The notes beneath the pieces are model-generated. The model saw only the letters and a program-made list of their open reading frames with translations, was not told the origin of the DNA and searched no databases. A stretch of 64,000 bases of DNA from an uncultured delta proteobacterium. GTDB lineage: Bacteria > Desulfobacterota > Syntrophia > Syntrophales > UBA2185. Shown here piece after piece: positions 10,371 through 20,021 of the stretch. The stretch is taken from positions 448,001 to 512,000 of the forward strand of contig CAVSPA010000005.1 of the NCBI GenBank assembly GCA_963729715.1, given 5' to 3'. A program made the position numbers and the translations under genes. Numbering within the stretch: the first letter of the stretch is position 1; each line of letters begins with the position of its first letter.

Positions 10371-11354
10371 ATGACAGTGAAAATATCGGCTACATGGAAA
10401 TATATTATCATCGCGGCAGGGCTATTCATATCTGTTCCCGCCATGGCGGAAATTATGGAAAGAATCGTTGCTGTTGTAAATGGCGACGTTATAACCTTGT
10501 CAGAACTTAATTCCGCTTTTGAACCTTTCCAGAAAAGGATAGAGGAAGGATATAAGGGTCCGGACAAGGAGAAGGTCATAGCAGAAAACAGACTGGCAAT
10601 GTTGAACAAGATGATCGATAACATCATTATTGATCAGGAGGCGAAGAAATCGCAAATGATAATCAAGGACGAGGAAGTCACCGACACCATCAACGACTTC
10701 CTTTCCCGGAGAAAGATGAAGATGGAGGACCTGATAAATGAGCTTGCGAAAGAGAACTCCTCCCTCGAGGCGCACAGGAAAGAAGTCAAAGCACACCTTC
10801 TCCGCATGAGACTGCTCAGGCGTGAAATAAAATCTAAGGTTGCAGTCACTGAAGACGAGATAGGTGAATATTACCGCAATAACCGTGATGCCTATGAGGG
10901 CAAAGAAGCCGTACGGATCAAGCAGATCCTGATCTTATTTCCCAAAGGCGCCGATGCAAAAACCAAGACCAAGCTCCGGGAAGAAATGGATGCAATCCAT
11001 AAGCGCCTGCTGAACGGGGAGCAATTTGACCTGGTTGCTGCACAATATTTCCAGGGATCATCTGCCGTTACCGCCAGCGATCTCGGCTTTCTTGAAAAGG
11101 GATCAATGCTTCCTGCTGTAGAAGGTGTTGCTTTTGGCTTGAAAAAGGATGAGGTCAGCAAGGTCATTGAATCCCCCATAGGTTTACACATAATCCAGGC
11201 GGTGGACAGAAGAGGCGCGGGAATAAAGCCCATTGAATCCGTCCGCGAAGAAATCAAGGCAAAGCTTGAAGAGGAAAAGATCGACAAGAAGTATGACGAC
11301 TGGATTAAAGAGCTGAAAAGAAAGTCCCTCATTGAAATAAAGCTGCAGGGATAA
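10371..11354 (+). CDS. surA: SurA-family chaperone / peptidyl-prolyl isomerase
   Basis: Signal peptide (PAMA|E), RIVAVVNGDVITLSEL, DLGF, SPIGLHII. Confidence 0.85.
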   Translation: MTVKISATWKYIIIAAGLFISVPAMAEIMERIVAVVNGDVITLSELNSAFEPFQKRIEEGYKGPDKEKVIAENRLAMLNKMIDNIIIDQEAKKSQMIIKDEEVTDTINDFLSRRKMKMEDLINELAKENSSLEAHRKEVKAHLLRMRLLRREIKSKVAVTEDEIGEYYRNNRDAYEGKEAVRIKQILILFPKGADAKTKTKLREEMDAIHKRLLNGEQFDLVAAQYFQGSSAVTASDLGFLEKGSMLPAVEGVAFGLKKDEVSKVIESPIGLHIIQAVDRRGAGIKPIESVREEIKAKLEEEKIDKKYDDWIKELKRKSLIEIKLQG

Positions 11355-11525
11355 CGTTCTCATAAGAGAGAGCCCAGGCCGGTCATTGCGCGGCGCGGCG
11401 GCAATCTTTTTGCAGCGAAAAGCGCCCCAAGACGATTCGCTGGTTTTGTCCTGAACAGAGATGAACGGCGCCAATGACTGGAAGAGGCAGGTTTTTTAAC
11501 CTTTGAAGAGTTAATGAAGGAATGA

Positions 11526-14336
11526 ATGAGCCACATAAGAATAAAAGGAGCTTCACAGCACAATCTTAAAAATATAAACATCGATATCCCTCGCGATAAG
11601 CTGGTTATTATAACCGGGGTCAGCGGATCAGGTAAATCATCACTTGCATTCGACACCATCTATGCGGAAGGACAGAGACGCTACGTGGAATCCCTGTCCA
11701 CCTACGCTAGGCAATTTATCGGTCAGATGGACAAACCTGATGTCGAATCTATCGAGGGATTGTCTCCCGCCATAGCCATTGAGCAGAGGACAGCAAGCCA
11801 TAATCCCCGTTCGACCGTAGGGACAGTCACCGAGATATACGACTATCTCCGCCTGCTTTACGCCAGGATAGGGGTTCCGCACTGCTATAAATGCGAAAAA
11901 GAGATTAGATCCCAGACTATCGACATGATGCTTGATAGCATACTGGCCTTTCCTGAAAAGACCAAGATCAGTATCCTTGCCCCGGTCGCCAGAGGTAAAA
12001 AGGGGGAATTTCAAAAAGAATTAAAGAAGCTGCAGAAAGATGGGTTTGTCCGAGTGCGCATCGACGGGGAACTCCGCGAACTCGGCGATGACATTTCGCT
12101 CGACAAAAATAAGCGCCACAACATCGATGTCGTAGTTGACAGGCTATTCGTCAAGGAAGGGATCAGAAGGCGCCTCAGAGATTCCCTCGAGATTGCCGCC
12201 CGCCTTTCTGATGGGCTCGTTCGCGTCGATGTTCCGGGAAGCGACGATATTCTTTTCAGCGAGAAGTATGCTTGCCCCGAATGCGGCATCAGCATGCCGG
12301 AGCTGGCGCCCCGGAATTTTTCCTTCAACAGCCCCTATGGCGCATGTCCAGATTGCGACGGACTCGGCACCAGAATGTATTTCGATGAGAACCTGGTAGT
12401 TCCCGATCGGGAACTCTCCGTGCGGGAGGGCGCAATCGCTCCCTGGTCAGGCCGGAGTTCGGTTTACCATTACCAAATGCTGGATGCCCTGTCGCAGCAC
12501 TATGGTTTCGATTTGAATACACCCTTCACGCAACTGCCGAAGGAGATCCAGACTGTTCTTCTGTATGGCTCGGGGAAGGAGGTAATCAGGTTCTATCTTG
12601 ACAGGGATGGCAGGCGCTTTTTTTACAGCAGGCCTTTTGAGGGGATACTTAAGCAGCTTGACCGGCGCTATAAGGAAACCAACTCCAACACCGTAAGGAT
12701 GGACCTCTCGCGCTATATCAACTTACAGGAATGTCCGACCTGCCATGGCTCACGTTTGAAGAAAGAGAGCATGGCTGTCACCGTGGAAGGCAAGAATATC
12801 TATGATCTGTGCAGGCTCTGCATAAAAGACTGCCTAGCTTTTTTCGAAAAGCTGTCTCTGTCAAGCCAGGAGGCCCTCATCTCCGAAAGGATTCTCAAAG
12901 AAATTAAAGAGAGGCTGAAATTCTTAGCCGATGTGGGCATTGACTACCTCAGCCTCGAACGTTCGTCCGGCAGTCTTTCCGGCGGCGAGGGCCAGCGCAT
13001 CAGGCTGGCCACCCAAATCGGTTCGGGACTTGTCGGCGTTCTTTATGTTCTTGATGAACCGACGATAGGTCTTCACCAGAGGGATAATGCAAGACTCATT
13101 TCCACTCTTAAACGACTGAGGGATATGGGTAATACGGTTTTGGTTGTGGAGCATGACCCGGCCATGATGATGTCTTCCGATTATATTCTCGACATGGGGC
13201 CCGGCGCCGGTTCCGAAGGCGGCGACGTTGTCTTCCATGGTACGCCGGAGGAGATATATCAATCCGATAAATCTTTGACAGGGCTGTATCTCTCGGGGAA
13301 ACTTGCCATCCCTGTTCCTGAAAAGAGAAGATCCATGCCCGACAGGTTTATTGTCCTGGAGGGGGCACGTGAGCATAACCTCAAAAATATAGATATCAGG
13401 ATTCCCGTAGGACTCTTTACAGCCGTAACGGGTGTCTCCGGTTCCGGGAAAAGCACCATGGTCATTGAGACATTATACAAGGCCATGGCCAGGAGACTCG
13501 ATAATTATCAGGGCGGCATGGGAAAGATCAAGAGGATCGCGGACCTCGGGGGAATTGAAAGGGTCATCATCATGAACCAGCAGCCTATAGGACGCACCCC
13601 CCGTTCCAATCCCGTGACGTATACAGGAATCTTTTCTCATATCCGAGATCTTTTCACAGGCCTTCCCGAATCCAGGATCAGGGGCTATAAGCCGGGCCGT
13701 TTCAGTTTCAATGTCAAGGGAGGCCGATGCGAGGCCTGCGAGGGAAACGGCCTTATCAAGATCGAAATGCATTTTCTCCCTGATGTCTATGTGACGTGCG
13801 ATGTCTGTCGCGGAAAAAGATTTAATCGCGACACACTGGAAATCAAATACAAAGACAAAAACATTGCCGATGTCCTCGACATGTCCGTAAATCAGGCCCT
13901 TGCATTTTTCGATAATATTCCGGCCGTACGGTCCAAACTCCAACTCCTTTTCGATGTCGGTCTTAGCTACATCAGATTAGGTCAGTCGGCGACGACCCTC
14001 TCCGGAGGAGAGGCCCAGCGCATCAAATTATCGAGGGAGCTGGGGAAGCGCATGAACAGCAACACCCTCTATATCCTCGATGAGCCGACTATCGGTCTTC
14101 ATTCCGCAGATATTCAGAAACTTCTCGATGTCCTCGTAAGGCTGGTAGACATGGGCAACACGGTCCTGGTCATAGAACATAATCTTGATGTAATTAAGTG
14201 TGCCGATCATGTCATTGATCTCGGACCCGAAGGCGGACCCGGCGGAGGCCGAATCGTCTCTTCCGGCACACCCGAGGAGGTGGCCAGTGCGGAAGAATCT
14301 TTTACCGGTCAGTTCCTGAAAAAAGTTTTGCATTAA
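11526..14336 (+). CDS. uvrA: Excinuclease ABC subunit UvrA
   Basis: Two ABC ATPase domains (GVSGSGKS twice, LSGGE twice), zinc-finger CxxC pairs, 936 aa. Confidence 0.98.
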   Translation: MSHIRIKGASQHNLKNINIDIPRDKLVIITGVSGSGKSSLAFDTIYAEGQRRYVESLSTYARQFIGQMDKPDVESIEGLSPAIAIEQRTASHNPRSTVGTVTEIYDYLRLLYARIGVPHCYKCEKEIRSQTIDMMLDSILAFPEKTKISILAPVARGKKGEFQKELKKLQKDGFVRVRIDGELRELGDDISLDKNKRHNIDVVVDRLFVKEGIRRRLRDSLEIAARLSDGLVRVDVPGSDDILFSEKYACPECGISMPELAPRNFSFNSPYGACPDCDGLGTRMYFDENLVVPDRELSVREGAIAPWSGRSSVYHYQMLDALSQHYGFDLNTPFTQLPKEIQTVLLYGSGKEVIRFYLDRDGRRFFYSRPFEGILKQLDRRYKETNSNTVRMDLSRYINLQECPTCHGSRLKKESMAVTVEGKNIYDLCRLCIKDCLAFFEKLSLSSQEALISERILKEIKERLKFLADVGIDYLSLERSSGSLSGGEGQRIRLATQIGSGLVGVLYVLDEPTIGLHQRDNARLISTLKRLRDMGNTVLVVEHDPAMMMSSDYILDMGPGAGSEGGDVVFHGTPEEIYQSDKSLTGLYLSGKLAIPVPEKRRSMPDRFIVLEGAREHNLKNIDIRIPVGLFTAVTGVSGSGKSTMVIETLYKAMARRLDNYQGGMGKIKRIADLGGIERVIIMNQQPIGRTPRSNPVTYTGIFSHIRDLFTGLPESRIRGYKPGRFSFNVKGGRCEACEGNGLIKIEMHFLPDVYVTCDVCRGKRFNRDTLEIKYKDKNIADVLDMSVNQALAFFDNIPAVRSKLQLLFDVGLSYIRLGQSATTLSGGEAQRIKLSRELGKRMNSNTLYILDEPTIGLHSADIQKLLDVLVRLVDMGNTVLVIEHNLDVIKCADHVIDLGPEGGPGGGRIVSSGTPEEVASAEESFTGQFLKKVLH

Positions 14337-14374
14337 CGTTCGCACAAATACTGCCCACATAGAACTTACCCGCC

Positions 14375-14668
14375 GTGATAAAATCATTTTTCAAAAGGTT
14401 CATTTCAAAAAACAGGGATATGATACTTGAGGAAGGCCGGCATATCTGGGGTTTCATGCGCCTCCTGATGAAACACAGAAACACCGGAATCGTTTGGACA
14501 TGGGAGGAAACTAATGCTCTTAAGTTATACGTAAAGCGGTTATCCCTGCACGTCCCGATCTTGATTATAATAGTCTTACCCTTCGGATTAGTTCTCCTTC
14601 CTATTCTTGCCGAAATCCTCGACAGGCGAAAAAAGCCGCAATCAATGAGAGCACCCGTCGTAACCTGA
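14375..14668 (+). CDS. Small hypothetical protein with one hydrophobic segment
   Basis: Fills the gap after uvrA; LLMKHRN.G..WT.EE followed by hydrophobic LPFG..LLP.LA..LDRR. Confidence 0.6.
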   Translation: MIKSFFKRFISKNRDMILEEGRHIWGFMRLLMKHRNTGIVWTWEETNALKLYVKRLSLHVPILIIIVLPFGLVLLPILAEILDRRKKPQSMRAPVVT

Positions 14669-14768
14669 CTTCCACAGGCGCTGTTGATGGAGTCGGTGTT
14701 TTCCGGATCGGCAAGGTTGTGCAGCATTTATCTTCTTTATGAGTCACTGCCGGCCCGCGTCAATTTTG

Positions 14769-14797
14769 TTGACGTCCTGCTTCAAATTTAATAGACT
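14769..14797 (+). promoter_or_regulatory. Sigma70-type promoter for the 103-aa ORF
   Basis: TTGACG-17 bp-TAGACT. Confidence 0.5.
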
Positions 14798-14856
14798 CCC
14801 ATTCAAGTTAGCGATTGCGCGCAACGTAAAAAACAATCACCGGATGCGGGGGGATT

Positions 14857-15168
14857 ATGAAAATCAGGGTAAGGGATGAGAAAATCACCAAGGCCATCAA
14901 AAACCTGGAGGGGATTGATATTGTTCTTAAGACCGTCGAAGATGCGAAGAAGGCCATGCTCCTCATCCTCCGCAAAACGGAAATATCCCGTACAAAAGAC
15001 TACGAAGGCTTAAGAGACATCGCCCTCAGCCTGATTGTCGAGCATACCACCAGCGCGGTGGAGTATCAGACTTATTACGAAGTCGAATTCATTCTCACCG
15101 ACGAACACTTCATCGATATGGAGATCGCCTTGATTAAGGAGCTCCAGGTCATGTTTGAAAAATTATAG
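14857..15168 (+). CDS. Hypothetical protein (103 aa)
   Basis: G-rich RBS (GGGGGGA) before ATG, plausible promoter, no competing ORF. Confidence 0.7.
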   Translation: MKIRVRDEKITKAIKNLEGIDIVLKTVEDAKKAMLLILRKTEISRTKDYEGLRDIALSLIVEHTTSAVEYQTYYEVEFILTDEHFIDMEIALIKELQVMFEKL

Positions 15169-15291
15169 CCTCAAAAAAGCCAAGTGCCATTAATGAGGGA
15201 CGAAAGAGGATGAGCTTCGCCTCAGTGACATAACACATGTCCCCGATCCTAAAATGGTCACTCTTATGCCCAGGCCTTCTCCCTGCAGATG

Positions 15292-15699
15292 CTATTTAGG
15301 TGCTTGAAGCGCCGTTAACATGACAATAACCCGCCGCGACCGCGGACCGTCAAATTCACAGAAGAAGATAGACTGCCATGTACCCAGGACCAGCTCGCCG
15401 TTTTCTATAAATACCGTTTCTGAAGCCCCGAGAATAGAGGCCTTGATGTGGGCCGCAGAATTTCCTTCTACGTGTAGGTAGTGATCATTATGAGGTACAA
15501 TTTTCCCCAGCTCCCTCAGTATGTCCCGCGGCACATCAGGATCGGCATTTTCGTTTATAGTAACGGCTGCCGTGGTATGCGGAACGAAGACACGGCACAT
15601 GCCGCTTTTGATCCCGCTTTCCTTGAGGAGAATTCTGATGCGGTCGGTGATGTCGATCATCTCGGACCTGGCATTGGTTCGCACGGAAAACTGTTTCAT
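15292..15699 (-). CDS. yjbQ: YjbQ/UPF0047 family protein (secondary thiamine-phosphate synthase)
   Basis: PHTTAAVTINENADPDV, H.EGNS.AHIK, LGTWQ.IFFCEFDGPR.R. Start moved to MKQFSV. Confidence 0.92.
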   Translation of the reverse strand: MKQFSVRTNARSEMIDITDRIRILLKESGIKSGMCRVFVPHTTAAVTINENADPDVPRDILRELGKIVPHNDHYLHVEGNSAAHIKASILGASETVFIENGELVLGTWQSIFFCEFDGPRSRRVIVMLTALQAPK

Positions 15700-15755
15700 A
15701 ATTTCAGCCCATCTCTCAGTCTTTGAAGACGCTGTAAAAGGACTTACGCGATAAC

Positions 15756-15806
15756 TTGAACTCGGCAGCGAACGTATTCCCCGCAGCCTGCTGGGGAGAG
15801 CTTCAA
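15756..15806 (-). repeat. Palindromic element, 51-bp single-hairpin copy
   Basis: Reverse complement TTGAAGCTCTCCCCAGCAGGCTGCGGGGAATACGTTCGCTGCCGAGTTCAA. Confidence 0.75.
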
Positions 15807-15826
15807 ATCCTCCAGTGCCCCGTCTT

Positions 15827-16503
15827 TTAAAGGGAGGACTTCTGAAAGGCCGCGAGCGCCTCTCTGACAAATTCCCTAACGAGCGCGGCATCTTTTCTCC
15901 CGTCGGGTCCTTCGACACTCGTATGCGCATCAACGCCGGCAAACCGCACATGGGCTATGGCTTTGCGGACATTCTCCGGATTGAGGCCGCCGGCCAGCAT
16001 GACCGGTCTGGGAGAAATATCAACAAGCGGGGACTGATATCCCAGTCATGGGTCTTGCCGGTTGCGCCGCACGCGCCGGTTGCCGGATCGTATGTATCTG
16101 TTATAAATGCGTCGCAATGAGGACTAAACGCGGCAACGGATGATTTTAGCTCCGTAAGATTATTATCTTCCACGATAAGACTCTTGATAATAGTGAGATA
16201 GGGGGCGAACGATTTGAGTCTCACAATCTCCGCCAAAGATATGACGCCATGAAGCTGCACCTTGCGGACTCCGATTCTTTTGCAAAGGTCAAGAATTTCT
16301 TCCGCCATGTTCAAATAGGTAATCAGTACGGCAAATGCAGGCGGCTTCAAGAGGCGGATGATTTTGGCCGCATCCTGTGCGGAGATGTCCTCCCTATGAA
16401 CTGTAAGTCCAATCGGGAATCCGATCTGCTGGACACCTGCCTCCACAAGCATCATGGCTTCCGCTCTATCGACAACACCGGCTATCTGAACGATTCCTTG
16501 CAT
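15827..16503 (-). pseudogene. trpF: Phosphoribosylanthranilate isomerase (TrpF)-like gene with a frameshift near 16030
   Basis: VQLHG and GATGKTHDW are in one frame; [13 protein letters not shown]...[14 protein letters not shown] continues in another frame to TAA at 15827. Confidence 0.75.
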
Positions 16504-16532
16504 GGAAATGTCTGCCAGTAGGATGCAGCAGC

Positions 16533-16916
16533 TTACGCACCCTGTAACGTTTCAATTATTATTTCGGCGGCACCTCTTGCCTTCTTAAGGAGGGTTGCGT
16601 AATCGATGATTTTTCCGACGAGGTTGACCGCGCTTGCGGGAACCGGGTCAGGCCCAGTACTCATCGGCGTCCGTCCGAAGAATATGGCCATCGCCCTTCC
16701 CGGCGGCCAGTAGCCGATATCGCCGACTTTCACCTTTGTTGTTGCCGTTTCATCGAGAGACGCCTTTACGGGTATCTCAAAGTAATATTCATCGCCCCAT
16801 TCATTGGGCTTTGCCTTGATGGGAAGCCTTGCCGCTATTGCTTTGGCGCATGCTGTGTCGAAGAGCTCTGCCCTTAACGTTGCATTGCCTATGGTTATTT
16901 TCACCTGCTCCGGCAT
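16533..16916 (-). CDS. Cyclophilin-like fold protein (DUF369/TM1367-like)
   Basis: WGDEYYF, GDIGYWPPG.A.AIFFG.TP, PASAVN.VG. Confidence 0.85.
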   Translation of the reverse strand: MPEQVKITIGNATLRAELFDTACAKAIAARLPIKAKPNEWGDEYYFEIPVKASLDETATTKVKVGDIGYWPPGRAMAIFFGRTPMSTGPDPVPASAVNLVGKIIDYATLLKKARGAAEIIIETLQGA

Positions 16917-16982
16917 GACGCAAAATCCCCTCCTTATTCAATATTCGCCGCTATGGCTGCGGCGAATGACTCTTTCGTTTTT

Positions 16983-17753
16983 CTATATGCCGTACATTTC
17001 CATGAATCTGTCTATGATATCAAGGAACTCATCCGGCAATCTCTCTCGCGTGTTCGCGACGATATTCTCGGGTATTTCCCTGTAAAATGCATGGGCAATG
17101 CCTCCTGCAATACATGCCATCGTGTCACTGTCACCGCCGAGAGATACTGCCTTTCTTACGGCTTCTTCGAAATCTTCGGATTCGAGGAAGGCTATTATGG
17201 ACTCCGGTACGGACCCCTGAGACGACACATCAAAGCGGTATCCGGACCTTATATCGTCGAGACTGCGGTTAAGGTCATAAACGAAGCGTTTCTCTATTTC
17301 TCTTCTTATGAAATCCTTATTTTCCCCTTTGCGGGCAAGGAAAATCGAGAGGGCCGTTGCCTGAGCTCCTTTTATACCTTCGGGGTGATTGTGAGTAACA
17401 GCGGCGCTTCTTGCCGCGTCTTCGAGAACAGCTTCAATGGAATCGAAGGCAAAGCCTGTGGGGCTCACTCTCATGGCGGAGCCATTACCCCAGCTGTTGT
17501 ACGGCCCGTTCTGCAAAGAAAATAGCCAGTGATAGAATGCCCCACCATATCCCGCGCGAGGGTACCTTCGCCCGAAGGTTCGGAAAGCTTCTGCGTAATC
17601 GCATTTTTCTAAGATTGAATAGGCCGCTGCTACTGTCAGGACCGTATCGTCCGTAAAATGCGAATGCCGGCCAAAGAGAGGAAAGGCCATAGACTTTATG
17701 GGATGGGCCTCGTACGCGGAGCCGATAACGTCACCTACAATTGCCCCTAACAT
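16983..17753 (-). CDS. ADP-ribosylglycohydrolase family protein
   Basis: GAIVGD..GS.YE, FTDDT, GNGSAMRVSP, THNHPEG, GGDSDT. Confidence 0.92.
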   Translation of the reverse strand: MLGAIVGDVIGSAYEAHPIKSMAFPLFGRHSHFTDDTVLTVAAAYSILEKCDYAEAFRTFGRRYPRAGYGGAFYHWLFSLQNGPYNSWGNGSAMRVSPTGFAFDSIEAVLEDAARSAAVTHNHPEGIKGAQATALSIFLARKGENKDFIRREIEKRFVYDLNRSLDDIRSGYRFDVSSQGSVPESIIAFLESEDFEEAVRKAVSLGGDSDTMACIAGGIAHAFYREIPENIVANTRERLPDEFLDIIDRFMEMYGI

Positions 17754-17833
17754 ATTCACACTGAAGAGAAAAGCTAAGCTGAAAGATCAGAAATTATTGA
17801 AAAGAAGCTATCCGTGACGCAAGGAACTTTTGG

Positions 17834-18673
17834 CTACAGTTTTATTTCCATCCCCTGGTAAACGGCAAAACACTCCAGTTCTTTATTGCTGCCGCCCGCA
17901 ATCTTCCGGCAATCCGCCACTATCTCGTCGATGCGCTCGTCGGACCTTTCCTGATTGTGGTGGAACAATCCGAATTTCCCCACCCGCGCTTCCAGAGCTA
18001 ACCTTAAAGCATCCCGATAAACAGAATGTCCCCAGGTTTTTGTCTTCTTATACTCCTCATCTGTGAATTCGGCGTCATGCACAAGAAGATCTGCGCCTGC
18101 GGAAAAGTCGCGATAAGCCTGGAAGTCGACGCCGCCGGGATGTTTATAAGTCAATTCATTATCCGTGAGGAAGACGAAACTCTTGCCGTCCTCCGTAAAT
18201 CTATACCCCACGCCTTGATTGGGATGGCTGAGCGGGATCGGGGCAATAGACATTGAGTTTATGCTAAAAGTATCCTCGCAGGCCTCATGGTAGATGATAT
18301 CGGCTCTTATGTCTTCAAATTTTACGGGGAAGTTGGGAGGCGACATGATCTTTGAAATCATCTCTTTTACGGATGCCTGCGCAAACGGGCATCCGTACAT
18401 GGCAATCTCCGTCTTTGTGGAATATATGGGCTGGAAGAAAGGGAATCCCATGATATGGTCCCAATGGGCATGGGTGAAGATCATTGTATACCGGAAGCGA
18501 TTTTCGGAAATGAGCCTGTGGCCGAGAGTCCTGATACCCGAACCGGCGTCAATGATGATTATTTCATCATCTTTCGTCCTTATTTCGAGGCAGGTGGTAT
18601 TGCCGCCGTACTTCAGATATTCCTTTCCCGAAACCGGTATGGAACCTCTTGCGCCATAGAATCTGACAATCAT
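17834..18673 (-). CDS. MBL-fold metallo-hydrolase (RNase Z/PhnP-like)
   Basis: G.RGSIP, GGNTTC, DAGSG, THAHWDHIMG, HDA, WGHS, FHH. Confidence 0.9.
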   Translation of the reverse strand: MIVRFYGARGSIPVSGKEYLKYGGNTTCLEIRTKDDEIIIIDAGSGIRTLGHRLISENRFRYTMIFTHAHWDHIMGFPFFQPIYSTKTEIAMYGCPFAQASVKEMISKIMSPPNFPVKFEDIRADIIYHEACEDTFSINSMSIAPIPLSHPNQGVGYRFTEDGKSFVFLTDNELTYKHPGGVDFQAYRDFSAGADLLVHDAEFTDEEYKKTKTWGHSVYRDALRLALEARVGKFGLFHHNQERSDERIDEIVADCRKIAGGSNKELECFAVYQGMEIKL

Positions 18674-18734
18674 TATATAAGACTCTCCTGATCTTGTTGT
18701 CTGCTTCCCTTATATCATCTGAGAAGTGAAATGC

Positions 18735-19607
18735 CTACCGTGGATTCTTTCCCGTTACCGTGGGATTTTCAGGATAGGAGGTCCATTCGGTGAATGACCC
18801 TTCATAGATCTTGACGCTCGGATAATTAAAGTACCACTTGAATAAAATGAATTCATTCGTCGCTTCACGGCCCGTACCGCACATGCAGATGATGGTCTTC
18901 TCCGGCCGCACGTCATTTGCCTTAAGAATGGCGGATATCTCTTCATCGGATTTCAGAAGACTCCTGTTTGCATCAGTCATTAAAGACGCCCACGGGACAT
19001 TGACAGCGCCAGGGATATGGCCGGGCTTGATCCAGTATGACTGGCCTTCGTAGACATCGGGGGGCCGTGCATCGAGAACCATGACATCTTTGCGATCTTT
19101 TGCCGCCTTGAATTCTTCATATTGTATGTAGAAATCCGCTTGGACCCAGACGGTGAAATCGGATGTAGATGATTCGGGAAACTCTTTCGTCAGCGGCTTC
19201 CCCTCTCTTTTCCATTTATCGAGACCGCCGTCCAAGACATAAACGCAGTCATGACCGAAACGCGCCAGGCTGTACGCCATCATTGTCTGCTCCAGTCCGT
19301 CGCCCCAACCTTTCGCCGCGCCTGTCCCCGTATAAACCACGGCAGGAACACCCGGCTTCAGGCCGGCATAGCGGAGGACAGGCTGTATTGTATCAGGAGG
19401 AACATATCTGGCAGGCATCCCGTCAATATATGTGCGAAACAAACCCTCATTGAGATAAATGGCGCTGGGAATGTGCTGCTCTATATAGTCATGAATATTC
19501 GGCTGCACATCCAGTATAACCATCTCCCGCTTTTTCAGACTTTCACTGAGCCAATCTGTAGAGATCCATTTAACTGTTCCGCTGCCGTAGGGATAGTCCT
19601 TCTTCAT
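18735..19607 (-). CDS. Tandem-domain rhodanese / sulfurtransferase
   Basis: HIPSA, LDGGL..W, DARP...Y.G, GHIPGAVN, active-site CGTGRE, YEGSFTEW. Start at MKKDYP after GAGGTGG. Confidence 0.92.
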   Translation of the reverse strand: MKKDYPYGSGTVKWISTDWLSESLKKREMVILDVQPNIHDYIEQHIPSAIYLNEGLFRTYIDGMPARYVPPDTIQPVLRYAGLKPGVPAVVYTGTGAAKGWGDGLEQTMMAYSLARFGHDCVYVLDGGLDKWKREGKPLTKEFPESSTSDFTVWVQADFYIQYEEFKAAKDRKDVMVLDARPPDVYEGQSYWIKPGHIPGAVNVPWASLMTDANRSLLKSDEEISAILKANDVRPEKTIICMCGTGREATNEFILFKWYFNYPSVKIYEGSFTEWTSYPENPTVTGKNPR

Positions 19608-19823
19608 AGTCCACCTCTCAAGACGGTCCGATAAAAATGGATTTGAGCAATGATGCATTAGGAAAATATCGTCATCAAGTGAAAAAATAGCCGCTCGTCC
19701 ATTCATTGTCAAGAATTTATATGTCCAGCAGGTCCGTAATAGGCTGCAAAAAAAGTTTTGCTTTACATGACAATAAACTGTAAATTTTTACTATACGCAT
19801 GAAAATTAGGAGAGGTGGACATT

Positions 19824-20021
19824 ATGAAGACCATTAAGATCAAAGGCATGACATGCAATCACTGTGTCATGGCCGTTACCAAGGCTTTGGAAAAGATCGA
19901 TGGCGTCAAGAATGTGAAGGTAGACCTGGCAAAAGCCGAGGCAACATTCGATGAGGTCAAGCCGGTGGATATGGAAGTCATAAAGGAACGCATCCGGAAG
20001 GCAGGATATGACGTCACCTGA
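19824..20021 (+). CDS. copZ: Copper chaperone CopZ (HMA domain)
   Basis: GMTCNHC motif, C-terminal AGY; overlaps the copA start. Confidence 0.92.
   Translation: MKTIKIKGMTCNHCVMAVTKALEKIDGVKNVKVDLAKAEATFDEVKPVDMEVIKERIRKAGYDVT

Noticed and set aside
15700..15951. N-terminal extension of the 219-aa ORF on yjbQ
   Set aside because: It runs through the repeat element and the out-of-frame trpF tail; YjbQ similarity begins at MKQFSV.
16983..17753. draG of nitrogenase regulation, or a toxin-antitoxin partner
   Set aside because: No draT, nif or ADP-ribosyltransferase gene nearby; only family-level assignment is supported.
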